Assembly: GCA_001179505.1 (NCBI GenBank)
Contig: CDMY01000243.1
Coordinates: forward strand, 310,001 to 374,000
Length of the DNA: 64,000 bases
Direction: 5' to 3'
Source of the DNA: Vitrella brassicaformis CCMP3155
Taxonomy: Eukaryota; Protista; Chromerida
Position numbers and translations under genes: made by a program. The notes below the pieces were generated by a model. It saw nothing but the letters and a program-made list of their open reading frames with translations. It was not told where the DNA came from and made no database searches. Below, one piece after another: positions 1-13,151 of the stretch (the first letter of the stretch is position 1; each line of letters begins with the position of its first letter).

Positions 1-602
1 CGCCACATCACTGGCACTCCCCAGCCGCGGGTGGATGGCCGCAAGACCCGCCAGGGTCAGCACAAACTGCCTCAGGTCCAGCTTCCGCGCCTCCAGCTGC
101 ATGCACCACACGCAGTGAACAACAAACGGACAGACAACAGTCAGTGCAAACGCTGACTCCATGTCCGCGGCGTGCACCCCACCGGCGGTGCTTCGGGCCG
201 CTTCTCCTTCGGCTTCTCTGCAGCGGTTGGCGACTCCGGCGGAGTTGGCGGCGGCGTGGTGACTTCCTGGAAGACCTTGAGAGCCCTCAGGTGGTCCACC
301 CCCGCCTCCAACACGCGGCAGTGGTCCACGAAGCGAAAGTAGTCGAGGAGGGTCATTCCGGCCTCTGCAGCGGTGAACTCAAGGAAGATGGCGTTGGCTG
401 ACTCCTGACTCTTGGAGCCGAGCGACGCCATCAGGGTGGCTGACGACTGGCCGGAGAGCTTCTGCATGATGCTTGTTGACCAGCGGTCACGAGGACAATC
501 TTCGCCCCCGTCTTGCCCCCACAACGGCAGAATGCATGCCTTCTTGCAAGTTGGATTTCGGTCAATCTCAGGTTTCACGTTGTGTGTGTCATATGCAAGC
601 AT
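1..602 (-). CDS. Partial multi-exon gene with a p25-alpha/TPPP-like domain; runs off the window's left edge, upstream exons unresolved
   Basis: The exon ending at 183 joins in phase 0 (GT..AG) to the exon 96->1, giving IFLEFTAAEAGMTLLDYFRFVDHCRVLEAGVDHLRALKVFQEV...PP|LEARKLDLRQFVLTLAGLA. This resembles the p25-alpha pattern (F..F...M...F...C.V....VF..V...RKI.F.QF..AL..LA). By-eye match only. Confidence 0.4.
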
Positions 603-2236
603 TCATGCACTGCAATGGGTCCCTTCAGAGTGACCCCAGTCAGTTGGCATGCGTCTGTCTGTCTGCCCTAGCTTGCTTGTGTCAGACAGGTCAATCAATA
701 AATAAAAGCGTCAAAGCACTCACTCGATCACAATGACAGACAGACTCTCCACACACTGTGACAGACACCCAGACAGACGGGCTGGTGTGGACAGACAAAC
801 AATCACCCATCCTGGCCTCCCATGCATTCGCCCTTTCTTCCTCGTCCACCCAAACGTGACACACAGGTTGGTTGACAAAACAACAAAGAGAATCAAGACA
901 CACAGACAGACAGACAGACAGACCATCCACCACGCAGGCACCGGCACCACGAACACGAGAATTAACGGAATGACTGACGGTGGAGTGGCCATGGATGGGG
1001 GCGACGAAAAATACGCGCTGTCTGACCTGGTGAAAGAACGAAAAACCGACCGACCGACCGACCGACTGCTACTGCAGGTTGTGTGTGTATGTGTGTGTCA
1101 TCGAGACCGACAAGACAGTCTCCTTCATTCATCGGCCGATCCATGCAGTCACCCTGGACCTCACACACACCGCCATGTCAATGAAGTCAGTCACTCCCTA
1201 CCTAGCTCCACCCATGGCGAAAGATGATCGACATACACCCACACACACATGACACTGACAGGGACATGATAGACAAGTCTCTTTGAGTTACACAAGCCGC
1301 TCGACCGATCGACGGACACCACACCACACCACACCACACCACACCGCACCCCCAATCCACGCAAAAAGAACAGACAAACAGACAAACAAACAGACAGCGA
1401 AAGAGGCCGACGCACATCCATCCATCCATCCGAACAGCTCTAGCTGAGAAGACCGACAGACGGATCATCCACACACTACACGCGCACGTTCACTGTCTTC
1501 CATTCCGGTTGAGAACCCGTCGCCCACCCACCTGTCTGTCCCGGCACAAGCGGTCAGACAGGGAGAGGGAGAGAGGAGATGACCATCGACACACAGGAGG
1601 GGAGAGAAGAGGGGAGGGGGGGGGGAGTGCAGACCAACCCACGCCACCGACGATAGACAGACAGACACACGCACAAACAACACTCGCAGGTCGACAGCAG
1701 TGGTGTCAAAAGACCCGCGTGCGTGCATATCTGTGCGTGTGCCTTGCTCTGCCTGGCCCGTTGGGAGGGGTGGGGTGTGTTGCATAGTATTCACAGAGGA
1801 ACTGCACAAAGTGTACAGGCAAAGCGGACACTCGCTCGCCCGTACTAGGTAGTGATTCGCCCGTGCGCGTGGGTGGTGCCCAGGGCTGATAGTCTACCTT
1901 CGTATGAGCAGCGAGTCAGCCAGCCAGCCACACGAGAGAGAGAGAGAGAGAGGGAGAGAGAGTCGAGCGGGTGAGAGGGAAGCGGGAGCAAGGGGGGCGC
2001 CGCGGCGTTCCCTCTGCGGACCCATCAGTCAGTCAGCCAGCCAGCCATTCACATGGTACGCAATTCACCACCACAACCTCATGCAGCCACGCACGGCATC
2101 CATGACATGACACCACACACAGACGAAAGCCCTTGCCGTGCAGGCACTAACCACCACACACATCGCAGACAGACACAGACATACATCCACGCATCCACAC
2201 ATCCACACACACACACGTACACGTCGTGCTCGCCTG

Positions 2237-2284
<48 letters not shown>

Positions 2285-5190
2285 AAGGGGCACCCAGTCG
2301 TTCGTTCGATCGTTCCACTGATATGGACGGATGGAAGGAGTACGTATGTATACAATGTTTGTATGTAAGCCATGACTACTGCCTGCCAGCCTGCAGCAGC
2401 TGCTTGCTCATTCATTCCTTCCTCCTCCACTCGCCGCCCCTCGCTATGCTCTCTATCCACACACCGCAGTCGCCACGCGCCACACGCGCACTGTTGTGCG
2501 CGCAGACAGGCAGGCAGACAGACAGAGGGGCGTCCCCCGGCACACCAAGCGGCCACATGAGACAGACAGTAGGAGAGACAGACAGATAGATGTAAGGAGA
2601 GAGATTAGCTGAGTGAGTAAGTAAACAAGTGACAAAACGGGCAAAATTCGCTTTCGCTATCTAGAGGTAGAGGTGGGTAGGTAGGTAGTAGATCCATCCC
2701 TCCACCCCTCCACCGGTCAATGCTCACGTGGCCGGCCACAGACAACCACCGCAACATATACAAGCACACCCAGTCGTGTGTGAAGGCATGTTTTATGTAA
2801 GGGCAGCAGAGAGAGTAGAGTAGAGTAGAGTAGTGTAGTCAGCAGGCAGCAAGTGAGGTAGTGGCATCCATCCATCGTGTATGTACGTATGCATCCATTC
2901 CATGGATGTGTTGAAACCAACCCAACAGCAACCCTGACAGGCAGGTCACAGGCTATGTTACACAACGGCAGTCTCATCTGCCCTTCATTGATCGACCACA
3001 GTGAACGAACCACCACACCCACCTCCCATCACCTCCCCTCCCATCCCCTCCCCTCTCTCTGTGTTGTGCAATTGTGGTGTGGCCCGCACGCCCCGCCTCA
3101 GTTCCTTCGTTCTGGAGGATCTGGCGGATGCGCCGAGCAGCGAGGGAGCAGTGACGGCACAAAGAGAGAGGAAAGAGAGGGTAGATGACGGGACGCACAA
3201 ACCACCAAGGGTGAGTGGGTGGGTGTATGGAGCAACCATCAAGCAGCAACAACATCACTAAGGCACCATCCATCCAGTCAGTGAGTGTACAAGTGAGAGT
3301 GAGAGAGACAGCCTAACCCTCCCCTCCATGTGTCTACCTACAACAATGTGCCCCGTCATTGTCAGTCCATCCACCCACCCACAAGTGCACCGGTCGGTCG
3401 GCGCCAGCCTTCCTGTCTGTCTGTCTGTCTGTTCCGCCAGCCATTGAATGCTTTTCATCCCCCCTCACACAGACTCACACTCACAGTCACATGACCCACC
3501 ACCAAAAAGCACCGCACCCACAGCAGCAAGACCGTGTCGTGTGTGGACAATGGCCGGCTGGGCTGACTGGCTCGGTTAGTTAATAGTTAGTGTACATTGG
3601 CAGGGAGGGAGGGAGACAGGAGGGGAATGACTGGATGGATGAGGGAGGGAGGGACTCCGAGGGAGCGATAGAAAACATACATAGTACTTCAATCTACACA
3701 CACCGCACACACAGACATTCACAGACATACACACACATTCGCACAGCAACCACAGACAGACAGACAGACCGACGGACGAAAATGCGGAATGATGATCAAT
3801 GAGCAGCCAGCCAGCCGCCCAATCGACACAGCGGACAGCAGACAGTCGACACAGCAGACGATCCATCCATCCCTTCATTCGGTCGTAATTAGCAGCGTAT
3901 TACGCATATTGCTACAGCAGCCATACATCCATCCATCCATCTAATTGCGACATAAACCACGAAACGCCCCCACACACGACACACACGCCTCTCCCCCAGC
4001 CTCTCTTGAACACACACAGACGCCCACCCCAGCACACAAGCGCGCGCCGTCCATCCATCCATCTCCATCTCTCCATCTCTCCATCTCAGCGGGCCGACCG
4101 ACCGATCGACGAATAAAAGCAAAATCACCACTACGCAAGGCAGACAGACAGACAGAGATGTGCTCTCTGTCTAGAGACCCCTCCCTCAGGTGAGCAGTAA
4201 AAGCAAAGGACGCACGGGATTCGGCAACAGCTCACTCATACATGGCCACACACAGAGAGAGACAACCGGGGAGGGAGAGTGTCCACTCTGTCTGCTGCCT
4301 GCTGCCCAGCCCCACATCGATACGATCGCATCCATCGTACGCGGCCCGTCCAGAGGTGAGACGGCGACAGACACCATACCCTTCCTGGCCTTTCTTTCAT
4401 CAAGCAGAGGCGACCGACCGACCGACCGACACACAGCCATCCATCCATCCACACATCCATCCGATCGACCGCCCGCCGCCCTTCGCTTGAAAAAAGGACC
4501 AAGCGAGTGATGGCGCACACCACACACACACGCGAGAGCTAGAGGGAGAGAGAGAGGAGGGGGCTTTCTTGCACAACACAACACAACACAAGACACGGGC
4601 AGTAAAAAAACTCAGTCGGCCCATCAGGCAGGCAGGCAGGCGTACATGCTGAGGTGAGATGGGGCGAGGACTGGGGGCCTTCTCGCGAGGTATGTATAGC
4701 GATCCTGGGGGTGCACTGCGTAATGCAATGCATGTGCACACACATAATGACTAGGGAGGGTATGTATGTGTGTATGTGTGTGTGATGGACGGAGTGAGTG
4801 AGTGGATAACAGCCAAAAAGACAGCGCAGCGATCCATCCATCCATCCATCAGCCACCCTCACCTGCCTTCTCCCCATTGTTCATTGCTCCCTCGCCCCCT
4901 GACCTCCCTCTCTCAGCCCGCCCACCCACCCACCAGGCGCCCCTCTCTCTCGACTAGGCAACGACCACAACAAATGCATCCACGCAGTCGCACACACGAT
5001 ACAGTCAGGCAAGCACGGCATCGTTCGCTCACAGCACGGCACATCACGGCATGGCACATCACATCACGGCATGGCACGGCAAGGGCTTTCTTTACATGTC
5101 AATCACTCACACGCATGACATCACACACACACACACACACAGACACTGGAGTCAGTGACATACCACTCAGACAGACAGACACCAGTGGCC
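603..5190. repeat. Dense mixed microsatellite tract ((CA)n, (GA)n, (GACA)n, (CCAT)n, (CACAC)n, (TAGAG)n) with small GC-rich islands, probably introns and micro-exons
   Basis: Seen directly, e.g. (GA)n at about 1935, (CT)n(CA)n at 2240-2285, (agtag)n at about 2820. No long ORF with coding-like composition. Confidence 0.75.
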
Positions 5191-5307
5191 GCCCACTCAC
5201 AGGCCCTGCCCACAGCACAGGAGAGGACACACACGAATGCACGCGCCGGCCAATCGACCTGTCTGGTAATTAACGTGTCTGTGTCTGTGTGTGTTTGTGT
5301 GACTGAC

Positions 5308-8300
5308 CGTGGAGGCCCAGTGGACGGGCTGTCCGTCGTTGTCCCCCGGTGGGATGCGCCGCCGACCTGTCATGTAATCCGCTACCATGTTCTGACAGAC
5401 AGACAGACAGACACACGAGGGAGGAAGCAGGAAGGGAAGACACACACACACAAAGGATGCACGGCTTGCCTCGCCTTGCCTGGTGTGTGTGTGGTGACTC
5501 ACCCCGAATCTGTGTGTGGGTTCTTCAAATCTAGGTGAGAAGCGGCCCCCGGTGTAGTCGCGACACCGCAGACCAACCTGAACGAACAGAGAGGAGAGAA
5601 GAGGAGAGATGCAGGTCCCTCCGCCCTTAAACAGATTTATTAAACGCACCCACCTGCACTTTCTCGCACGCTTCAATGTCCTGCCAGTTGACCATGTCGT
5701 AGAACTTGAAGACCTCGTCGATGTCGCTGTCAGCCTGACGTGAACACACAGCACACCCACGCCCCACGACCCGTGTTCAGTACCGTTGCAGGGGGACGAC
5801 CATGGCATCGCATCCATGGAATGGAGTGTGTATGTATGTGTGTGTAGGCGGGAGCTGAGCTGTGCTGAGCTGAGGCCGCCCGCCCCGCCGCCCCCCCAAC
5901 GACACGGCACACCACATCCATCATGTCACGGCTACGATACGGCACCACACCACACCACACCACACGGCAGCACACACGCGACACATGTCTAACGAGACGT
6001 GACGTGAGCACATGGATGGATGGATGGATGGATACGTACATCACATGCAGGCGGGCAGGCAGGCACCAACGAACGACGACGACGCGACGCCACGCAGGCA
6101 GAGCAGAGAGGACAGGGAGGCAGGGAACCGTTCACATGCATTATATGCCATGCACTGCACTGCACTGCAGCCCAGCTATCCGTGTCGTGTCGTGTCGTGC
6201 TGTGCCGAACTGTGCTGTTTACCGATGAGCGAACCGGCCAGCCAGCCACCAAGGGACGACCATGAGAAAGGTTCGCGGACCGATGACGGATGACTGATGA
6301 TAGGTGGCCGAAAGAGTCGGCGGACTCTCTCGCACCGCGATGTGATAGACCATCCTTCATCTGCTCCATTAGCTGACGAGACGAATGGCTGCCCAGCTCC
6401 CTCCCTCCCTCCCTCCCTTGCCCTGCCTTCTCTACGTGAGCTGGCAGACAGTATAGTTTAGACTCATACCGGCATTGAGCTAGGGTGGAAGTGCATGTAG
6501 GCGCGCTCGTGCGTCACACCCGCAGACTGACGCAATGGATGCCATGCGTGGACACAGACGCCGCCATGCCATGACATGTATGTGGTGTGGTGTCTGTCTC
6601 ACACTGATGTGAGAGTGTGTGGCTGGCTGGGTGGCTGGCTTGCCTGTGGGTTGCACATGACGGTGAAGACGTGGTTGGGGAACATGAACCAGAAGACGTT
6701 GGGGAAGAGGCCGTGGAAGTAACTCCGCTCCTTGTTGCGCACACCTGTTTGTTTGTTTGTGGTGTCCCAACACAACACAACACAACACAACACAACACAC
6801 ACATGATACCTCTCTCCCTTCCTCCCTCCCTCCCTCCCTGCCTCACTGACTGACCTGGCATAGGTTGGAGCACGTCAGGGTCAACACACGTGCCGCCTCG
6901 GCCCAGTGGGTCGGTGATGAAGCCGCAATACATACCCTGCACACACACATATATGGATTGGATGGCCAAGACACAGTGAGTGCACTTACTGCACTCGTCG
7001 TAATAATGTGCGTTTGCCGCGTGTCGTGTCAGTACGTACCGGCCCCTGTAGCCTGTGGTGGTTTTCGACTAGGCTGACGGTGGTGAGTTCGGGGTGGATG
7101 GCGGGCAGGTGGTAGTACTCGAGGAAGTTGTCGATGAGCAGCTTCCAGTTGGCCTTGATCTCATAGCTCTTCTCGCGAACCATCGCCGCCTCACTCAACG
7201 GAAAGTCCGCCAACACGTCAGGCACATCGCCTGCACAACAACAACACACACACACACACACGAGACGACAGACACTTGACACGGGACGATCAGTGAGTGG
7301 TGTAATGTGACGGACCGAGGTATGTTTTGAGGTCGGGGGCGTCGCCGCTGAGGTTGACGAACACCAGGTGGCCCCACGAGTCGACACGTACGGGGAACAA
7401 ACTGTACTTGGACCTGATCACATCACACACCAAACAAGACAGACAGACAGCACAGATGGATGCGAGAACCAACCGCCGTGTGAACCACCGTGCGGTGTGG
7501 TGTGTGTACTTGTCAAAGAACTCTTGTGAGAGGTCGAACTGCGGTGTTTTCTTGAGCTGTCCGTCGAGGGAGTAGCCCCATCTGTGGTACTGGCAGCTGA
7601 ACAGGGGGTACCTGCCGTCCTTCATGACCAGCTGGCACCCGCGGTGGCGGCACACATTCTTGAACGCCTTGATCTCACCGCCCTTGGTGCGCGTCAAGAA
7701 GATCGGCTCACCACCAACCTAAAACCATCACATCACACGCAAAGACGAAGTGAATGTCATGCTGGCTGGCCTGGCCGTGTGCTGTGCGTTAGTACCTCGG
7801 TGGTGATGGTGTCTCCCTGTTTCCTGAGTTTGTCCAGCGGCCCCACGCACACCCACGAGTTGCGCCACACCTGCTCCTGCTCAACCGCAAAGAACTCCTC
7901 ACTGTTGTACGCTGAGCAACCAACAGGACAGGAACAACAGGGCAGGCACCACACTGATTGCCCCTCTCCCCTCCCTCCCTCCCTCCNNNNNNNNNNNNNN
8001 NNNNNNNNNNNNNNNNNNNNNNNNNNNNNNNNNNNNNNNNNNNNNNNNNNNNNNNNNNNNNNNNNNNNNNNNNNNNNNNNNNNNNNNNNNNNNNNNNNNN
8101 NNNNNNNNNNNNNNNNNNNNNNNNNNNNNNNNNNNNNNNNNNNNNNNNNNNNNNNNNNNNNNNNNNNNNNNNNNNNNNNNNNNNNNNNNNNNNNNNNNNN
8201 NNNNNNNNNNNNNNNNNNNNNNNNNNNNNNNNNNNNNNNNNNNNNNNNNNNNNNNNNNNNNNNNNNNNNNNNNNNNNNNNNNNNNNCCTCCCTCCCTCCC

Positions 8301-8987
8301 TCCCTCCCCTCTCCCTCACCCTCACCAACGGGCGGCAGCGACGTGGCCTCCTCGATGGGCCTCCTCAGCGGCGCGTAGAAGGCGTCCTTGGTGTAGAGGC
8401 TGTTGTTCACGAGGGCAGAGGTGGCCGGCTCGGGTGGCGTGTAGGGCTCCTCTATGGCCACCTCCACGGGACCACGGGAGGCCGACGGCAAGTGCGATGG
8501 CGACACAGAGGGATCCGATCGGGACGACGGCACGGGCGCCGCCTCAGGCAACTCGAACGTCATATCAGGTTCGATACGCACGCCAGACGAACCCTGAACA
8601 CCACAACACACACACCACACGCCAACACGCAGCGAGACACATGGTGGATACCACTGACCGACAGTGGCCCTGTTTGTTCCCTCGTTCTGTTTGTTCCCTT
8701 CCTCTCGTCTGTCTGTGTGTTGTGTGTTGTGTGTGGCATGCGATGCATCCCTCCCCGTCCCCCCGGTCACTCACATTGGTCTGCCAGAGCAGGGTGCTGG
8801 GCATGCCCTTGGCGGCCGAGTAGTCCGGCTGAGCGCCAGAGGCGAGGCCGGAGGGCCTGGCGAGAAGTCCGCTGGCCTGACGCGCCGCATAGAAGTAGGA
8901 CGTGCCGTGAGTGGGCGGAATCACACCCGCGGCGCGCTTGGACGAACCCAACAGAGGCGAAGCGAAACCGCGCGCGAAGCGCTTCAT
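5308..8987 (-). CDS. Rieske non-heme iron oxygenase alpha subunit (choline/carnitine/betaine monooxygenase-like), multi-exon
   Basis: Spliced exons give ATSLPPVAYNSEEFFAVEQEQVWRNSW; the Rieske ligands NVCRHRG...FSCQYHRWGYSLDG; the mononuclear-Fe motif ANWKLLIDNFLEYYHLPAIHP; LFPNVFWF; and NWQDIEACEKVQVGL..RDYTGGRFSPRFEEPTHRF. ATG at 8987 (MKRFARGFASPLL). The 3' end may extend below 5308. Confidence 0.88.
7987..8286. other. Assembly gap (300 N) inside a Rieske gene intron
   Basis: N run flanked by (CCCT)n. The flanking exons join in frame (LPPV-A-YNSEEFF), so no exon appears lost. Confidence 0.95.
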
Positions 8988-9228
8988 TCCCTCTACACTT
9001 CGAAGTGAACGAAGGACTCTATGAGGTGACTTTCTATGGGGGGGATGACACACCTGTCCGTCCTCTTCGTTCCTTCCCGCTTGAGGTGGAGCAGTGGTTT
9101 CAGGGAGCACCCTAGAGGCTGTGGCGAGCTAGAAGGGAGAAAGGTGAAGGTGAGTGAAGGACGTGGCGTGGGAAGATCTGTTCAGCATGAATCTGTTTGC
9201 TTCCAGATCTGGCTCTCGTTAACGAAGC

Positions 9229-10092
9229 ATGGGGCAGCAGGACTTCTGCGTGCGCTTCTACGCAGGCTATGGGGCATACCACAATGAAAAGTACGCAGGA
9301 ATGAATGGCGGACGGACAAAGAGAATCGGGATTCATCCGTTGTCCTCTCGGCTGCACTGACTGTCACGCCTGCATGTGTGCTGTGCTGCCTTTGCACCCC
9401 ATGCACCAGGGTCAACAAGGTGCTGCACATCGTGTTCATTCCTGTCATCCTCTTCACCCTCCTCGGCTTCATCGAATATGCCCGGCTCCCCGACTGTCGG
9501 CTGACCCTCCACGGACCCTGGGGCCTCTCACTCAACTACCTCTACTTCTTACATCTCCATCTGCTGGTAGATGCTGCGTCTGACCTCTCTTCTTACCTCT
9601 ACTTCTTATGCTTACCTCTCATCAGGTCTCGTGGAGGTCCGACGTGCCCGCTGCTGCGGTTGAGTCGGTGGTCTACGTGGTGATGATGCTGGTGTCTGAC
9701 CGCCTGTACGGCCTGCTGCAGCCCGGTCTGTACTGGAAGGTGCTCCTGCCCTTCCACCTGCTGGGCTGGACGGCCCAGTTCATCGGGCACTTTGTCTTTG
9801 AGGGACGCCGGCCAGCTCTTTTCGACAATCTGCTGCAGGTACAGAGCGCTGGGTGACTGATTGGGTTGGTTGGAATGGCCCTGACTGACGGTGCATGTTG
9901 TGTGGACGGGCCGGGACGGATGTTTGTGCGGTGCAGATCTTCTCGGCTCCGTTTTTCGTGGTGCTGGAGCTGATGTTTGCGTGCGGGTATAAGCCCAAGC
10001 TGCGGCAGGAATGCGACGTGCAGATCAAGGCAAACATCGCTGAGCTCGAGGCGCTGGAGGCAAAGGCAAAGTCGAGGGGCAAAAAGGGCTGA
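9229..10092 (+). CDS. MPO1: Mpo1-like 2-hydroxy fatty acid dioxygenase (DUF962 family)
   Basis: MGQQDFCVRFYAGYGAYHNEK|VNKVLHIVFIPVILFT...HLLGWTAQFIGHFVFEGRRPALFDNLLQ|IFSAPFFVVLELMF..GYKPKL. The YH...N..LH, QFIGH..FE.RRPAL.D and APFFV.LE motifs are typical of the family. Confidence 0.88.
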
Positions 10093-10502
10093 TGTTCCTG
10101 TCGCGTGTGTTGGCGCCCTCTGGTTCATTTTTTTGCATATCGTTGGTGCGCACGGTGCTTTTTGCGCGTGGTGTTTCTCCCAGCTTCGAGGTAGTTCGTG
10201 TGCGTGTGGTGCCGTGAGCCGCTTTGTTGGGCATGAGAGTTAGTTACTCCATGGGGAAATGTGTTAGGTTCCCACGACGTGTCTACCGAGAAACCCTCTC
10301 TCGCTCGACTGACAGAAAAGGACTGCCTCGCACTGTGACAGCACACACACAGCCTTGAGCAACAAAGACATACAATGCACCTACTTACTGACTGACTGAC
10401 ATACTGCGCCGCTCCCGCACAGTCACAACCAACACGCACGACAAAGGTAGGTGCACAGCACATAGCTATAGGTGCCGTCCGTCACACGTGTCACACGTGT
10501 CA

Positions 10503-13113
10503 TCACACGTGGGCTGGCCGGTCGTCCAGCTGTGGTGGGTCTGCAGTGGTAGTGGGGTTCTTCTGCGTGGCGTCCTTGTCTTGCTGCTGCATGAGCCGCC
10601 GACACCTCAGCCTCGCCTGCAGAAACACTATGCCGAACGATAACCACTGCGCACACACACAGACACAGAGACAACAACACAGCCGTTTCGGCTCCTTGCT
10701 TCCCTCCCTCCCTGCCTCCCAGCCTTTTTGGTTACCATCCATGCGAACCACCACACGAGTATGAGGAGCGTGAAGCGCAGCCCCATCCTCTCCTTCCCGC
10801 ACTGCAGACGGCGCGCCTGCACATCAGCACACACATACATTGACCCATACAAAGGACAGATACATACGTGCGGCCCGGCCCACAGAGGCCCTTCCCTTCC
10901 CAATGAATGCCCACCGGTGTGTCTTTGCTGGGGTCCTTGAGGGTGCAGTGAGGCGCGAGGCGGTCCTTGATCATCCCTATCAGCACCGGCGACGGCACGT
11001 CGCTGAGAGGCCACGCCCAGCCACACACACACACATTCACACACTCAGAAAGATCTCCAGCTCAGCAGTGTGTCGTGTCTCTGGCGGCTCCCACCCCACC
11101 CACCCCAGGAGGTGCAGCAGGATGGTAGCGAGAGCAAAGGCAAAGGAGCGGTTTTCGGGGGGCACAGCCAGCAGCAGCCCGAGGTTCATCAGCCCCTGCG
11201 TCATGAAGAGGACGATCATGCCCAGGAAAAACCCTCCCAGAAACCCAAAGGGCGTCGTCTGGACGACGTGCGACACACCACACGACACACGACACGACAC
11301 ACGGGAATGGACGTCTGTGTGTGTCTGTGTGTGCGGCTGTTGTTCATTCACCATGTAGACAGAGGGGATGAAGATGAGGAAGGCCACGAGGCTCGCCACC
11401 GTCATGATGAATGTCACTGACGACAGACGCAGGTTCCTGCACACCAACCACAGATTTATGGCCATACAGACAGAAAAGAGCGATAGATTGTCCTCCGTCA
11501 ACTTCCCCCCCCCCCCCTTNNNNNNNNNNNNNNNNNNNNNNNNNNNNNNNNNNNNNNNNNNNNNNNNNNNNNNNNNNNNNNNNNNNNNNNNNNNNNNNNN
11601 NNNNNNNNNNNNNNNNNNNNNNNNNNNNNNNNNNNNNNNNNNNNNNNNNNNNNNNNNNNNNNNNNNNNNNNNNNNNNNNNNNNNNNNNNNNNNNNNNNNN
11701 NNNNNNNNNNNNNNNNNNNNNNNNNNNNNNNNNNNNNNNNNNNNNNNNNNNNNNNNNNNNNNNNNNNNNNNNNNNNNNNNNNNNNNNNNNNNNNNNNNNN
11801 NNNNNNNNNNNNNNNNNNNCCCCCCCCCCCCTTCTCTCTCTCTGACCTCATGTATTCGGTTTCCTTCTCCTCCTCCTCGTTCCTCGGCGTCACGCCGTCC
11901 ATATCGCGGTGCATCCCCTCGGTCCCCTGCCTGTGCTCCTCCCTCATTTCCCACCGGTCCGCCAGCACGCCACCCAGCGGTGTGCCCAGGATGCCCGCCA
12001 ACGACACCATCGCACCGAACACCGAAGATGCACTCGTCTCGTGACGGAAGAAACCTGAATGAAGAGGGCATGAGCACGTCTTCAGGGGTGTGAAGGATGG
12101 GGTGGGTGGGTAGGGTGGTTGTGTGTACCGACCGAGTCCCATAAGAAATGACGATCCGAATGTGGAGAAGCCCATTGTGGCGGCGGCGTAGGCGGCGTAG
12201 CCCCAAGTGAGTACGAGGAAGGACGGGGCCGTGACCACGGCCAGCAGCTCCTCCACCACTGAGGGGGGCGACGCAGCCTTGCCCTCCTCGCCACCACCAT
12301 CATCAGCACATGGCGATGACAGTACGCCATCCTGACCCACTGTGACCTCTCTGGCACTTCCCTTGGCTGCCTCCGCAAGATTATTGGTGGTGTAGGTGGG
12401 GTGGTGGACACCATCCAGCAGCGGCGCACGGTCATTCTCGCGAGGGCTGGCAGACGGCGAGGGCATGTCAGTGTGTGTGGCCGATGAGGGGGGAGGGGAC
12501 GGGGAGGTGAGGGAGGCTTCCGTGGTGGCGGTGGCGGGCTCCTGAGTGGACTGGGACTGCGACTGTGGTTGCTTGCTGTGTGTGGCGGGCTTGTTCTTGC
12601 GGATTGGGAACGCATCTTCAGGGATCCAGAAACACAGCAATGCCAGCACCAGCACAATGAAGCCCTGACAGACATCAGAGAATGGCAGACGAGAAGCTAA
12701 GCTCCATGCCACCGTACAGTACACAGCACTACCGGCTCGGCTGACCTCGATGAAGAAAGCGAAGCGCCATCCGGCGGCGTTGGCCACGACAGCACTGTAG
12801 ATGTAGCCGAGTGCGGTGCCGAGTGGGATGGCCGTGTAGAAGATGGCTATCCACAGCCCCTGCTTGTCCCCCGCATTGTCGCAGATGAACACCGGGGCGA
12901 TGCTGGCGTACGACGCCTCACCCACACCACTTCATATCATATGCACACACAGACCATCAAACAAACAGTCGGGCGGGCGATTGGCACTGACTGGTGGTTG
13001 TGTTTAACAAAGGTCATGAACCTACCTGAGGATGCGGGCCACGAGCAGGAGGGAGTAGGACTCCACCACACCAGAGAAGCCCGACAGAAGCACTGCACAA
13101 CGAGAAACGCACA

Positions 13114-13151
<38 letters not shown>

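Noticed and set aside
603-5190. Many 60-170 aa ORFs rich in CV/HT/DRQT repeats, here and throughout the window
   Set aside because: They are translations of intronic microsatellites and overlap in several frames on both strands.
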